Below the pieces are notes generated by a model, which was not told the origin of the DNA, made no database searches, and was given only the letters and a program-made list of their open reading frames with translations. A program made the translations under genes and the position numbers. A stretch of DNA of 63,561 bases, taken from positions 1 through 63,561 of the forward strand of contig CAZEBF010000002.1 in assembly GCA_964510235.1 (NCBI GenBank). Direction: 5' to 3'. Below, piece by piece: positions 27,879-37,089 of the stretch. The DNA is from an uncultured Candidatus Saccharibacteria bacterium. Lineage in GTDB: Bacteria; Patescibacteriota; Saccharimonadia; Saccharimonadales; CAYUUR01. The stretch's first letter is position 1; each line of letters starts with the position of its first letter.

Positions 27879-28826
27879 TTATTGGAGTTCGCTGATTGCC
27901 ACGCGGATGCTTGGACCCATGGCAGTAGTCACATAGACTGCTTTGACGTATGAACCCTTGATTGAGCTTGGTTTTGCAGATTTGATGCTTGCTGCAACTG
28001 CTTGAGCGTTCTCAAGTAGTTTAGCGCCGCCAAAGCCCACTTTACCAATGCCCATGTGGACGATACCGGTGCTATCAACACGGAACTCTACACGTCCAGC
28101 CTTAGCCTCTGTGACTGCTTTAGCAACATCGTTGGTAACAGTGCCACTCTTTGGGTTAGGCATGAGGCCCTTAGGACCAAGCACACGAGCGTACTTACCT
28201 AATTTTGCCATCATCTGAGGAGTTGCAATCAGGACATCAAAGTCCAGTGTGCCTTTATCGAGCAGTTTAATGACTGCTTCTTCACCAGCAATGTCTGCGC
28301 CAGCTTTTTTAGCAGCGTCTGCGCCATCAGCGTCAACTAATACGGCAATCTTGACTGTTTTACCAGTTCCAGCCGGCAGAACGACGATATCTCGGATGTT
28401 CTGGTCAGCATGACGCGGGTCAACACCAAGGTTAACGTGGAGTTCGACAGTAGCATCAAACTTAACTGGACTGGTTTTGACTGCTAGTTCAAGTGCATCT
28501 TTAAGGGAGTACTCTTCATCTGTTTTGATAAGTTTTACTAGTTCGCGGTACTTTTTGCCCTTGCGCTCTAATTGGCTTTTGGCTGGGTTTTGCTTCTGCT
28601 TTGGCTTTTCTGCCTTGGCTTCTTCTGATTCGTCAGCTTTGCGAGCCTCTTTGGCCTCTTTTTCTTCAGCTTCTTTGACAGCCTTTGCACTACGCTTGCC
28701 AGCTTTGGCAGTCGCTTTTTCGTCTGCTGGCGCTTCTGTTGTTTCGACTACCGCTTCTTCGACACGAGTCTCAGCGGTCTCTTTTACTTCTTCTTTCTTG
28801 GTTGTCTTCTTCTTGGCTTCTGCCAT
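27879..28826 (-). CDS. rplA: 50S ribosomal protein L1 with about 85-aa charged N-terminal extension
   Basis: Canonical uL1 begins near [12 protein letters not shown]. It is preceded by a Lys/Glu/Ala-rich low-complexity segment. Confidence 0.93.
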   Translation of the reverse strand: MAEAKKKTTKKEEVKETAETRVEEAVVETTEAPADEKATAKAGKRSAKAVKEAEEKEAKEARKADESEEAKAEKPKQKQNPAKSQLERKGKKYRELVKLIKTDEEYSLKDALELAVKTSPVKFDATVELHVNLGVDPRHADQNIRDIVVLPAGTGKTVKIAVLVDADGADAAKKAGADIAGEEAVIKLLDKGTLDFDVLIATPQMMAKLGKYARVLGPKGLMPNPKSGTVTNDVAKAVTEAKAGRVEFRVDSTGIVHMGIGKVGFGGAKLLENAQAVAASIKSAKPSSIKGSYVKAVYVTTAMGPSIRVAISELQ

Positions 28827-28879
28827 TGTGTTCTCCTTTGTGGTGCAAACGGCTTTTGAGGCCTCCCACTCGTTATTAA

Positions 28880-29191
28880 TTAACTATCAGCTGGCAACGT
28901 GTCACTAATGCCATATTGTCGACAAAGCTCATCTGCTAGCACATCATCCCCCCGAGCACGAGCATTCCATATCTCACCAACTTTTTCGTCATATCCATCT
29001 ACGTATGTCATTTCTTTTGTACCGTCTGGGTGATGGGTGATGAAGTAACCGTCTGGACCTTCGGGTGTATGTAGGATTTTAACGTCTCGTGTACCCTCAG
29101 GATTTACAACTGTAGCATCCCCGTCAATAATTGTATGAGGATTGAGTGTTTCCAGGTCAACAGTTCCTTGGTATAGCTCGTGTGATGTCAT
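28880..29191 (-). CDS. hypothetical acidic protein inserted between rplK and rplA
   Basis: 103 aa. ATG lies 5 nt after the rplK stop. No motif recognised. Confidence 0.55.
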   Translation of the reverse strand: MTSHELYQGTVDLETLNPHTIIDGDATVVNPEGTRDVKILHTPEGPDGYFITHHPDGTKEMTYVDGYDEKVGEIWNARARGDDVLADELCRQYGISDTLPADS

Positions 29192-29196
29192 GATGT

Positions 29197-29625
29197 TTAC
29201 ACTAGTTCCACGCCCATTGAGCGAGCTGTGCCTGCGACCATCTTTTTGACTGCGTCGATGTCGTCTGTGTTCATGTCCTGGGCTTTAACTTCAGCAATTT
29301 CTGTTAGCTGCTGATCGTTCAGCTTCTGAGGTAGCTTTTCCATGTTTGGCTTTCCAGAACCCTTTTTAACGCCTAGCTTTTCACGGATAAGCTCATCTGT
29401 AGCTGCGTGTACAAAACGAAAGTCCATAGAACGATCGTCGTAGATGGTGATGTGTGCTGTTAGCATACCTTTCAGCTCTTTGGTGGCTTCGTTGAACGGA
29501 TTGATAAAATCCATCATGTTGACACCATATTGACCGAGGGTGCTGCCAACTGGAGGTGCTGCACTGGCTTTGCCAGCCGGAATACGCATCTTGAGGTTTG
29601 CTTTTACTTGTTTGGCTCCTGCCAT
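29197..29625 (-). CDS. rplK: 50S ribosomal protein L11
   Basis: 142 aa, uL11 pattern (PAGKASAAPPVGSTLGQYGVN). Confidence 0.97.
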   Translation of the reverse strand: MAGAKQVKANLKMRIPAGKASAAPPVGSTLGQYGVNMMDFINPFNEATKELKGMLTAHITIYDDRSMDFRFVHAATDELIREKLGVKKGSGKPNMEKLPQKLNDQQLTEIAEVKAQDMNTDDIDAVKKMVAGTARSMGVELV

Positions 29626-29713
29626 TGTTTTCTCCTTGAATTGATTGCTCGTGCGGTGAAGCGTCCGCTAACGTGCGTAACTAGATGAGTATACTACACT
29701 TCACCCCTGTTGT

Positions 29714-30025
29714 CTAGGCCTGTTCTTCCTCGACATAATACCACGTAGGCGCATCAGCTTTTACTGGTTTGTTTGGGCACGCATCAGGTAAAATCACGCG
29801 TGCGTGTTGTCCGAAGTCAGGGTCCGAGAAGCAGTGAGTTACAGCTAAACTACCACTGCAATGAGCGCAACTGCCTTCCCAGCTGACAGTGTTATGGCGT
29901 ATAGCGAAACCTCCTACTTGGACTTCTTGTCCTTCTTCAAGAGATGCGATTTCATGCATATTCCTTAGCATTGAGTGCGTTGTTGAGAGCGCTTCTACTG
30001 CCGGGCACTGGACTGTTTCACTCAT
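29714..30025 (-). CDS. hypothetical Cys-containing protein inserted between nusG and rplK
   Basis: 103 aa. ATG lies 2 nt after the nusG stop. Five Cys, including CAHC. Confidence 0.55.
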   Translation of the reverse strand: MSETVQCPAVEALSTTHSMLRNMHEIASLEEGQEVQVGGFAIRHNTVSWEGSCAHCSGSLAVTHCFSDPDFGQHARVILPDACPNKPVKADAPTWYYVEEEQA

Positions 30026-30027
30026 GG

Positions 30028-30570
30028 CTACACTCGTTTTACTTGGAGGGAGTCGAGTTCGACAGGTGTCTCGCGGCCAAACATGTTGACCAATACTTTG
30101 AGTTTGCCTTTGGCAGCATCGATTTCGTTGATTGAACCGTCAAAGCCTTTGAATGGCCCGTCAATGATGTTGACAACTTCACCAAGGTTAAAGTCGATCT
30201 TGTGTTTTGGCTCTTCACGGCCCATACGTTTAAGGATCTTATCAATTTCTGCGTCAGAAACTGGCGTTGGTTCAACACCACTACCGACAAAGCCAGTCAC
30301 GCTCGGTGTATTACGGACGATGTACCAAGCATCTTCACTCAGTTTCATCTGTACCAATACGTAGCCCTGGAAGATTTTCTTTTCAACAACTTTGCGCTTA
30401 CCGTTTTTAACTTCAATCATCTTTTCTTTTGGTACTAGTACCTGGAAGATCTTGTCGGCCATATCAAGGCTCTCCGCACGCTGTCGAATGCTCTCAGCTA
30501 CCTTTTCTTCATAACCGCTATAGGTGTGGATAGCGTACCACTGCTTTTGTGAATCGTATCGTTTGCTCAT
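30028..30570 (-). CDS. nusG: transcription termination/antitermination protein NusG
   Basis: 180 aa. NGN domain (WYAIHTYSGYEEKV) and KOW motif. Confidence 0.96.
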   Translation of the reverse strand: MSKRYDSQKQWYAIHTYSGYEEKVAESIRQRAESLDMADKIFQVLVPKEKMIEVKNGKRKVVEKKIFQGYVLVQMKLSEDAWYIVRNTPSVTGFVGSGVEPTPVSDAEIDKILKRMGREEPKHKIDFNLGEVVNIIDGPFKGFDGSINEIDAAKGKLKVLVNMFGRETPVELDSLQVKRV

Positions 30571-30962
30571 GAATCTAACAGTACCTTTCTAAAGATTTTA
30601 TCGAGACCATAGTCAGTGAGGGTAATCACCGCACCAAACACGACAGTGAAAATGATAACCGCAGATGTCAGCTTGAGTGACTCGCGGCGGGTTGGCCACG
30701 TTACTTGCCTGACCTCTACCCATGCCTCACGGAAGTACTTTGGAATAAAACGACGTCGCTTGTTTAAGAAACGACCGATCTTGTTATTAGGCATTGGCAA
30801 GTAGTACTCTTTGCGTGCTACGTCGCTTACTTTAGTCGCACCGCCCTTAGCTGAAGTCGTTGCTTGGCGCAGCTTTCGGGGCTTTTTATCCGCCTTAGCA
30901 CTCTGTTCTGCAGCCTTTTCTCGCACTGTCTGCGTTCGCTTGATTGGTTGCTTTGCCACCAT
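30567..30962 (-). CDS. secE: preprotein translocase subunit SecE with long basic N-terminal extension
   Basis: C-terminal REAWVEVRQVTWPTRRE plus one TM helix is canonical SecE. Overlaps nusG by 4 nt. Confidence 0.88.
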   Translation of the reverse strand: MVAKQPIKRTQTVREKAAEQSAKADKKPRKLRQATTSAKGGATKVSDVARKEYYLPMPNNKIGRFLNKRRRFIPKYFREAWVEVRQVTWPTRRESLKLTSAVIIFTVVFGAVITLTDYGLDKIFRKVLLDS

Positions 30963-30987
30963 GTCTCCTTTTCTGGTCTCAGAAATA

Positions 30988-31010
30988 TAAAAAACCTACT
31001 ATTTGTAGGT
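30988..31010 (-). terminator. intrinsic terminator after the histidine kinase gene
   Basis: Minus strand reads ACCTAC-AAATA-GTAGGT then TTTTTT. Confidence 0.55.
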
Positions 31011-31054
31011 CTTGACAAGTCAATAGTACGCCGTTTGTATCTATTGGTCAAGCA

Positions 31055-32158
31055 TTACTCGAGGTTCGGGAAGAAGACTTTAAAGGTCGAGCCTTTGTTG
31101 AGTTCGCTCTCTAAATCAAGCTCTGCGTGAATCAATCGCGCCAGTTTCATGGTGACATATAGACCAAGCCCAGTGCCATTGTTCTTACGTGTCCTAAAGT
31201 CCTCACTTCTAAAGAATTTGTCATACACTTTTTCTTGATCTGTTTTGCTTATTCCGATACCGGAATCACGCACAAAGAACTCGACCCCGTTATCACGTGG
31301 TTTGGCACCAATTGTGACATCGCCCTTTTCAGTATATTTGATGGCGTTGGTTATAAAGTTCTGTAAAACTTCACGAACGTAAAGTTTGGTTGATTTAAGT
31401 AGCTCTAGTTTTGGATCAGCCTGAATCAGTAGCTTTAGACCTTTAACCTCTGCTTCTGGCGTGTAGCTTTTGGATAGCTCTGACAATAACTCAACCACAT
31501 TGATCTGCTCAATTTCCACAGCTAACTTGCCACGATCAGCACGTGACAGCGTCGACAAATCATTAATCAGCCCAGATAAGAAAGTAATTTGGTCATGAGC
31601 CTGGTGCAATGCGTCAACTATAGCCTGATCCTTGCTGGCGGCTTTGGAAACGATAAATTCAGCATTGCTGATATTGCCTTCTGCAATTGCGATTGGTGTG
31701 CGTAACTCATGGCTGATAACGCTAATGAACTCGTCTCGCTCTTCTTCAAGAGACTTTTCACGCGTAATATCACGGAGCAAAACGACATAGCCTTTCATAC
31801 CTTCTTGACCATATCCTAATTTAACGGGGGCGATGCTTAGGTACAGGTTGACGGTACTGTTATCGGCATACTGGATGTGATAATCACGAGTCGACGTAGA
31901 GGTTGTAGTACTTCTCATTAGGTTGCGAACATCGACTGCCTGGTTGTTTTTGTCATAAAGCACCAAGACAGAATTTAGTGTTTTACCCTGCATTTCACTG
32001 TTAAGATCTAGGATGTTGAGGGCAGCACCATTATAAATAAGAATTGTGCCAACTTCATCCGTGGCGATAACACCATCACCCATACTATTTATGAGACTCC
32101 GCAGTCGCTCGTGGTCTAACTCTGCAGTACTAGCTTTTGTTTTGATTTCTTCGGCCAT
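31055..32158 (-). CDS. sensor histidine kinase (PAS + HisKA + HATPase_c), cytoplasmic
   Basis: 367 aa. H-box SHELRTPI; N, G1 and G2 boxes. No TM segment. No response regulator within the window. Confidence 0.85.
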   Translation of the reverse strand: MAEEIKTKASTAELDHERLRSLINSMGDGVIATDEVGTILIYNGAALNILDLNSEMQGKTLNSVLVLYDKNNQAVDVRNLMRSTTTSTSTRDYHIQYADNSTVNLYLSIAPVKLGYGQEGMKGYVVLLRDITREKSLEEERDEFISVISHELRTPIAIAEGNISNAEFIVSKAASKDQAIVDALHQAHDQITFLSGLINDLSTLSRADRGKLAVEIEQINVVELLSELSKSYTPEAEVKGLKLLIQADPKLELLKSTKLYVREVLQNFITNAIKYTEKGDVTIGAKPRDNGVEFFVRDSGIGISKTDQEKVYDKFFRSEDFRTRKNNGTGLGLYVTMKLARLIHAELDLESELNKGSTFKVFFPNLE

Positions 32159-32179
32159 GCAGTCATTATGGCATATTTC

Positions 32180-32893
32180 TTATGCTAGCGCAGTAAAAAC
32201 GCTTGGCTGGTAGAGGCGCATTTGACGCCTAATTGCAGGAACATCGGCAATATAGGTGCCAACCAGATTCCAAAACTCTCGGCTATGGTTCATGTACTGC
32301 GTATGAGCTAGCTCATGAATCAATACGTAATCAACTAAAGCGTCAGGCAGAACCATTAAAAAATAATTGAGCGTCACGTGCTTATTGCTACTACAACTAC
32401 CCCAGCGTGACTTTAGCTGCCGAATACTCACTGATTCATAGTCTAGCCCCGTCAGCTCCGATAGTTGCTTAAGTCGACTGGGCAGACTAGCTTCGGCCTG
32501 CCGCTGCAAGGCTTTTTTACTGCCGCGAACGGCCGCAGCCTGTACAGAATGGTCGTATACAGAACAGCTGACTGGATGATGTACTCGTACTGCAGTGGTG
32601 GTCGTACGAACTCGACAACTTATTGAAACGTTATCTGGAATAAACTGCAGAATATGATCACGACCAATCATTTGACCGGGCTCAAGTACCGCTGAACGTG
32701 TACTAAGTTCAGTTGTTACCCAAGCTCGCTTTTGCTCCAGAAACGCCAGGCCAGCGCTATATGGCACCCAAGGAGGCAGGGTTATCTTAATAACGCCATC
32801 AGGTGTGACTCGTAAGCGCACAGATTTGCTGCCACGACGCTTTGTGACAGTAACAGGGCCGAATTCTTGATGAACATACTCTTTACTAGCCAT
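32180..32893 (-). CDS. YgjP-like metallopeptidase (DUF45/M48 family)
   Basis: 237 aa. HELAHTQYMNHSREFW zinc motif near the C-terminus. Confidence 0.75.
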   Translation of the reverse strand: MASKEYVHQEFGPVTVTKRRGSKSVRLRVTPDGVIKITLPPWVPYSAGLAFLEQKRAWVTTELSTRSAVLEPGQMIGRDHILQFIPDNVSISCRVRTTTTAVRVHHPVSCSVYDHSVQAAAVRGSKKALQRQAEASLPSRLKQLSELTGLDYESVSIRQLKSRWGSCSSNKHVTLNYFLMVLPDALVDYVLIHELAHTQYMNHSREFWNLVGTYIADVPAIRRQMRLYQPSVFTALA

Positions 32894-33549
32894 TAGCGAA
32901 TGACAATGTTGCGGCGAGACATGTCGACTCTTCCGCCATGGTTGGGGATGAGGTTAACTAGCTCTGGTTTGGTCACATTAGACGAATAATTTTCTGCAGT
33001 GACGACACCCATTTCGAACAGTTTTTTCATGACAGCACCCAGCTGAGTGTGGAATGTATGCTTACCGCTTATTACCATGTAATCTTCGTGACGAGGGTTT
33101 TGCATCGTACCAATAAACTTATCAAAACCCTCACGACTGTAAGGTTGGGCATATTTATCATTGTTCTTGCGTCGGTCGCGTTTAGATATCCGAGCAAACG
33201 CACTGTCGTGATCAATTTGCAGCCATATCATGAGTGGCATAGCTTTGGTCTTACGGGCTACGTCACGGATTGTGCGACGTTGTACTAAACGATGCGCGTT
33301 GGTGTCGAATATCACACTGACACCCGCTTGCAGGAATTCTTCTGTCATGTACTCCATCAAATGAGTTACAACTTCGTTTTCTTGCTTATCGTATTTGGCT
33401 GATTCAAATAGTTCGTAGCGAATACGGTCACCTTGGACATGGGCTGCGGAAAGTGCCTTACTGAGTTCTGTCGCAAAATATGTTTTGCCGGCGCCAGGAA
33501 ATCCGTACAACATGATCACTACTGGTTTGGTCAAAACTATTTTACTCAT
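32893..33549 (-). CDS. P-loop ATPase/kinase (AAA_33 / zeta-toxin-like fold)
   Basis: Start set at MSKIVLTK. Walker A is GFPGAGKT. The longer ORF-track N-terminus is antisense read-through of tRNA-Trp. Confidence 0.6.
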   Translation of the reverse strand: MSKIVLTKPVVIMLYGFPGAGKTYFATELSKALSAAHVQGDRIRYELFESAKYDKQENEVVTHLMEYMTEEFLQAGVSVIFDTNAHRLVQRRTIRDVARKTKAMPLMIWLQIDHDSAFARISKRDRRKNNDKYAQPYSREGFDKFIGTMQNPRHEDYMVISGKHTFHTQLGAVMKKLFEMGVVTAENYSSNVTKPELVNLIPNHGGRVDMSRRNIVIR

Positions 33550-33730
33550 CCATATATGTATAACAGAATCCCTGTTATAAATAAAGATGCCAGAGGTGAC
33601 AAATGTTGTAAATTCGCGTATCATATCCCTGTCCCGCAGCTTTGCAGCTGGAGCCCGACAAAATGTCGCATCATTGTGCCGGCGCGACAAAAGGGGTCCC
33701 CATAAAATCAAAGATTTTGAGGGGGTTGAT

Positions 33731-35299
33731 TTAGGGGAGTAGCTCAGTTGGTAGAGCACCGGTCTCCAAAACCGGGTGTCGCAGGTTCAAGTCCTGTCTC
33801 CCCTGCCACATAGAACGTTCAGAAAGTTTCAGCACAGTTGCAAACGGTTCGTTAGGTGTAAAACGAACCGTTTTGCCTTTCATTTGGAGGTTCGATAGCA
33901 AGATACTTATAATCTGCCGCTTTTCTTCGTCCGTTGCTACTTCAAAGATTTTATCGCCGTGTTTGAATAGCTGTAACAGATACGCAGACGTGGTGTAGAA
34001 GTTTTGATCAGCGTCTTCTAGCCGTGTCAATTGACCGTCTATACGGGCTATTTCTTGGTCATAGCGACCTTTGTTTTCGTTATAATCATCGGGAGTAATA
34101 CTACCGCTTGTCATTGCGTCAAACGCAACACGGATACGGTGCTTGTAGTCATCACGTTCTGAACGTAGTTTTTTGAGCATATCGTCTTGGAAGCGGTTTT
34201 CGGCTTGGTGCGATGACTGTATTTCAGTTTCAAGCCGTTCTATTTCATCTGCTGGTATGTTCTTGAAGGCGTTGAATACCTGCATAAACTGTGCCGTCAG
34301 ATCGTCCTGCGTAACGTAGGTGATTTTCTTATGTTTCTTACGGGCGTTGGTGCAATGATAGAAGTGATAGGTGTGCTTGTTACCGTTCTGCTGGTTCTTT
34401 TCACGGTATTCAGTCGTTACGGCACAGCCACAGTCAGCACAGGTTATCAAGCCACGGTAGATGAACGGTATGCCGATGAACCGCCGTTTGCCTAGTCTGT
34501 TGCCGTCTAGCACGTCTTGGACCATATCAAACAGTTCACGACTGACAAGCTGTTGGTAACTATGCACATATTCTTTACCGCCGCCTTTCTTGTCTACAAT
34601 TATACCGATATAAAACTTATCACGCAGTATGTCGTGGACACGGCTTTTTGATAAATTGACCTTCAATTCTTCGGCTACCTTACGGCGTAGGCTTTCGCAA
34701 GAATACGCACCAGTGGCAAACAACGTAAACATACGCTTTACGACTTCGGAATTGAAGTTGTCGGGCAATACAGTCTTGTGCCGTGTATCTAGCGTTACGT
34801 TATTGAAGCCAAATGGAGCAACCCACGGTAGTTCGCCACGTTCTAGTTTTGACAGCTTGGTGTTCATACCGTCTTCTTTGATACGTTCAAGCTGTGATTT
34901 AGCAAACATTACCTTGAAGTCCCATTGGATAATTTCGTTTGATCGGCTTTCCTGCGACAGCACAAGCCTATCGTCAATGAAGTGCAGTTTTACCTTGTAC
35001 TTGGTGCGTAGTTCGTCAATCAACACGCTATCACGGAAGTTGCGAGTTATGCGATCAACACGAAATGAAACAATGTCAGTAATCTTATTCTTCTTGGCGA
35101 ACATAACCATTTCATTGAACTTATTGCGAGCCTTGTATTCGCTGCCCGTTTCACTGATCTTGAAAGTCTTAATGACGTTCAAGCCATTAGTCTTTGCATA
35201 TTCCCTAGCACGGGGTAGTTGTATTTCTTCAAGTGACAACCCTTCCGTTTCTTGCCTCTTTGTAGACACACGGGCAAAAATGATGGTCTTGTTGCTCAT
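33731..35299 (-). CDS. large serine recombinase
   Basis: 522 aa. IIFARVSTKRQ, DRITRNFRD, recombinase domain, zinc ribbon (CADCGCAV...HCTNARKKH) and coiled coil. The last 25 codons are antisense to tRNA-Trp. Confidence 0.9.
   Translation of the reverse strand: MSNKTIIFARVSTKRQETEGLSLEEIQLPRAREYAKTNGLNVIKTFKISETGSEYKARNKFNEMVMFAKKNKITDIVSFRVDRITRNFRDSVLIDELRTKYKVKLHFIDDRLVLSQESRSNEIIQWDFKVMFAKSQLERIKEDGMNTKLSKLERGELPWVAPFGFNNVTLDTRHKTVLPDNFNSEVVKRMFTLFATGAYSCESLRRKVAEELKVNLSKSRVHDILRDKFYIGIIVDKKGGGKEYVHSYQQLVSRELFDMVQDVLDGNRLGKRRFIGIPFIYRGLITCADCGCAVTTEYREKNQQNGNKHTYHFYHCTNARKKHKKITYVTQDDLTAQFMQVFNAFKNIPADEIERLETEIQSSHQAENRFQDDMLKKLRSERDDYKHRIRVAFDAMTSGSITPDDYNENKGRYDQEIARIDGQLTRLEDADQNFYTTSAYLLQLFKHGDKIFEVATDEEKRQIISILLSNLQMKGKTVRFTPNEPFATVLKLSERSMWQGRQDLNLRHPVLETGALPTELLP
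33733..33808 (+). tRNA. tRNA-Trp (anticodon CCA), CCA encoded
   Basis: Cloverleaf: AGGGGAG/CTCCCCT acceptor, anticodon arm CCGGT-CTCCAAA-ACCGG, T arm GCAGG-TTCAAGT-CCTGT. Confidence 0.9.
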
Positions 35300-35484
35300 A
35301 TATCAACCTTGCTGTCTTCTATGAGCTTATAGACATCTTCAACCTTGAATAGGTAGGATTTACCAACTTTGTAGGCGGTGATTTTGCCCGATTTTATCCA
35401 TCTGTAAATAGTTATTTTGCTGACTTGCAACAGTTCACAAACGTCTTCAATTTTGTAAAACTGGCTATCTTTCATACTTATCAT
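35296..35484 (-). CDS. excisionase-family helix-turn-helix DNA-binding protein
   Basis: 62 aa. YKIEDVCELLQVSKITIYRWIKSGKI matches the MerR-like HTH_17 pattern. Overlaps the recombinase start by 4 nt. Confidence 0.8.
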   Translation of the reverse strand: MISMKDSQFYKIEDVCELLQVSKITIYRWIKSGKITAYKVGKSYLFKVEDVYKLIEDSKVDI

Positions 35485-35500
35485 TATATATCATTCCTTA

Positions 35501-36658
35501 TCACTTATCTAAATATCTTTGCAGCTTTACGGGCATAAATTTTTCTAGCTGTTCATCTATCACATCAAAGCTGGCTATCTTGCGTTTGGCGAAGTTTAAG
35601 CTGTTAATTTTCCTGTTCAGGTTATACCATTGCTGGTTTGTGAAGTTACCGATATTACGAACATCACGGCTACCAGTTGTTTCCATCAGCGTCTTGTATG
35701 CTACTGCTTCCATAATCGTTCCAATCTGCGTCCGTGGGTTTTGTATGGATAGCTCGGTGAGTAATGCTGGTGCTGTTTTGTCTGATAGCGATATAGCAGG
35801 ATACGTTTCACGGAGGTTGTCTATTTCGTATTTCAGCATAATCTTGGCGGTGCTTTCCCGAAACAGCTCACGAAGCGTCAGATCGCCAGTTTCAATACCT
35901 GCGTCTTTGAGCGACTTCTTGATTTGCCGTCTGCCGATATATCGTGCTTCAACACGCACCATTTCAAACGGGCTGGCAAGCGGACTTTCATCAAACAACG
36001 ACATCTGGCAGTAGTAGTCTTTTTCAAGCAAGCCACCTTCGGTTACTTTGGACTTGGCGTGTTCTTTCAGCTTATCGTAGATACATAAACCCCATTTACG
36101 ACTGTAAAAGTGCATTGCTTCGCCATTGTTGAGGTATTTTTGACCATCGCTTTTCTTCTGTGCGGTGTAGTTGCACTTTGATATGTCGGTGATAACACCG
36201 TGGGCGGTTGAATAGTCTGTGAGTGTGATGTTCTTTGAGTAGTGTATGGTGCTGACAGTAGCGTCTTTTAGCGTATTCGGACCTTTGACGATTACGCCTA
36301 TATTGTAAAGTTTGCGGTGAAGCTGGACACACAGGTAATCAAGATCGCTTTGGCTAATTTCATTGAAGTTATCATTGTGTATGACCTTTGGTGCAGAAAA
36401 CTCAACGTTGAGCGTGATTGGCACACCGCCACGCCGCACAGCCTTGATAAGCGTCAGACGGGGCATATAGTTGCCATCAGCCTTTTCTTTGGCAGTGGGG
36501 TTACGTTCTACCAAAAATGCCTTCTTCGTGCCGAACTGTATAAACGGCGGTCTGAAAAAGTTAGTTACGTCAGTTGCAAATTGTTTATAGCAACCTTCCA
36601 TAATTTCAAAATCTTTACGCCAATCTAGCGTTATTAAAACCGTATCTACCATTTTCAT
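35501..36658 (-). CDS. replication initiation protein-like (phage/plasmid gene II/X, Rep_trans-like)
   Basis: 385 aa. Sits between SpoVG-like and excisionase genes. VDTVLITLD and MVRVEARY resemble Rep_trans blocks (recall only). Confidence 0.4.
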   Translation of the reverse strand: MKMVDTVLITLDWRKDFEIMEGCYKQFATDVTNFFRPPFIQFGTKKAFLVERNPTAKEKADGNYMPRLTLIKAVRRGGVPITLNVEFSAPKVIHNDNFNEISQSDLDYLCVQLHRKLYNIGVIVKGPNTLKDATVSTIHYSKNITLTDYSTAHGVITDISKCNYTAQKKSDGQKYLNNGEAMHFYSRKWGLCIYDKLKEHAKSKVTEGGLLEKDYYCQMSLFDESPLASPFEMVRVEARYIGRRQIKKSLKDAGIETGDLTLRELFRESTAKIMLKYEIDNLRETYPAISLSDKTAPALLTELSIQNPRTQIGTIMEAVAYKTLMETTGSRDVRNIGNFTNQQWYNLNRKINSLNFAKRKIASFDVIDEQLEKFMPVKLQRYLDK

Positions 36659-36920
36659 TGCTCACTACTTCTTCAAACTTAACTGCTACTGCTTGTTCAA
36701 TCGTCAAACCGACTTGCCGACTAATTGGGTAATACACATCAATATCCCTACCCATTACCTTGCGTGTCGGATACACAAGCCGATAACCGCCACTTGGTCG
36801 GCTAAAAATGCCTACCGAGCCGCAATAGATGGTTTCGTATAGCACGAAGCTGGCAAAGCCAATCAAGCCATTATCCGCTTTGACTGGCACTATCTGAACT
36901 TCGCTGATCATCTTCAACAT
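36615..36920 (-). CDS. SpoVG family protein
   Basis: 101 aa. The pattern V.I.PVKADNGLIGFASFVL....VGIF....GGYRLVYPTRK....DVYYPIS parallels SpoVG. Confidence 0.55.
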   Translation of the reverse strand: MLKMISEVQIVPVKADNGLIGFASFVLYETIYCGSVGIFSRPSGGYRLVYPTRKVMGRDIDVYYPISRQVGLTIEQAVAVKFEEVVSNENGRYGFNNARLA

Positions 36921-37050
36921 TTACTTCGCCTTTCTGTAACTTTTCAATTACCTTTTCCCGCTGGTCTATTTTGATCAGTAATTTAGTCAGCAAAAGCATA
37001 GGGTCGGGCTTTGCGACCTGTGTGTCTTGTTGATTTGGTTGCTTGATCAT
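36871..37050 (-). CDS. hypothetical small protein (59 aa)
   Basis: ATG at 37050. Overlaps the SpoVG-like start. Just below the ORF-track cutoff. Confidence 0.25.
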   Translation of the reverse strand: MIKQPNQQDTQVAKPDPMLLLTKLLIKIDQREKVIEKLQKGEVNVEDDQRSSDSASQSG

Positions 37051-37089
37051 ACACCGATGGTATGAAAAAGCTATTTAGCCTAATTCTGG

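Noticed and set aside
33550-33759. N-terminal 70 aa of ORF 32893-33759
   Set aside because: This part is antisense read-through of tRNA-Trp and the intergenic region. The P-loop protein has a natural start at MSKIVLTK (33549).
34629-35324. 231-aa plus-strand ORF
   Set aside because: It is fully antisense to the serine recombinase gene, has the Ser/Leu/Arg-rich composition typical of shadow ORFs, and has no SD.
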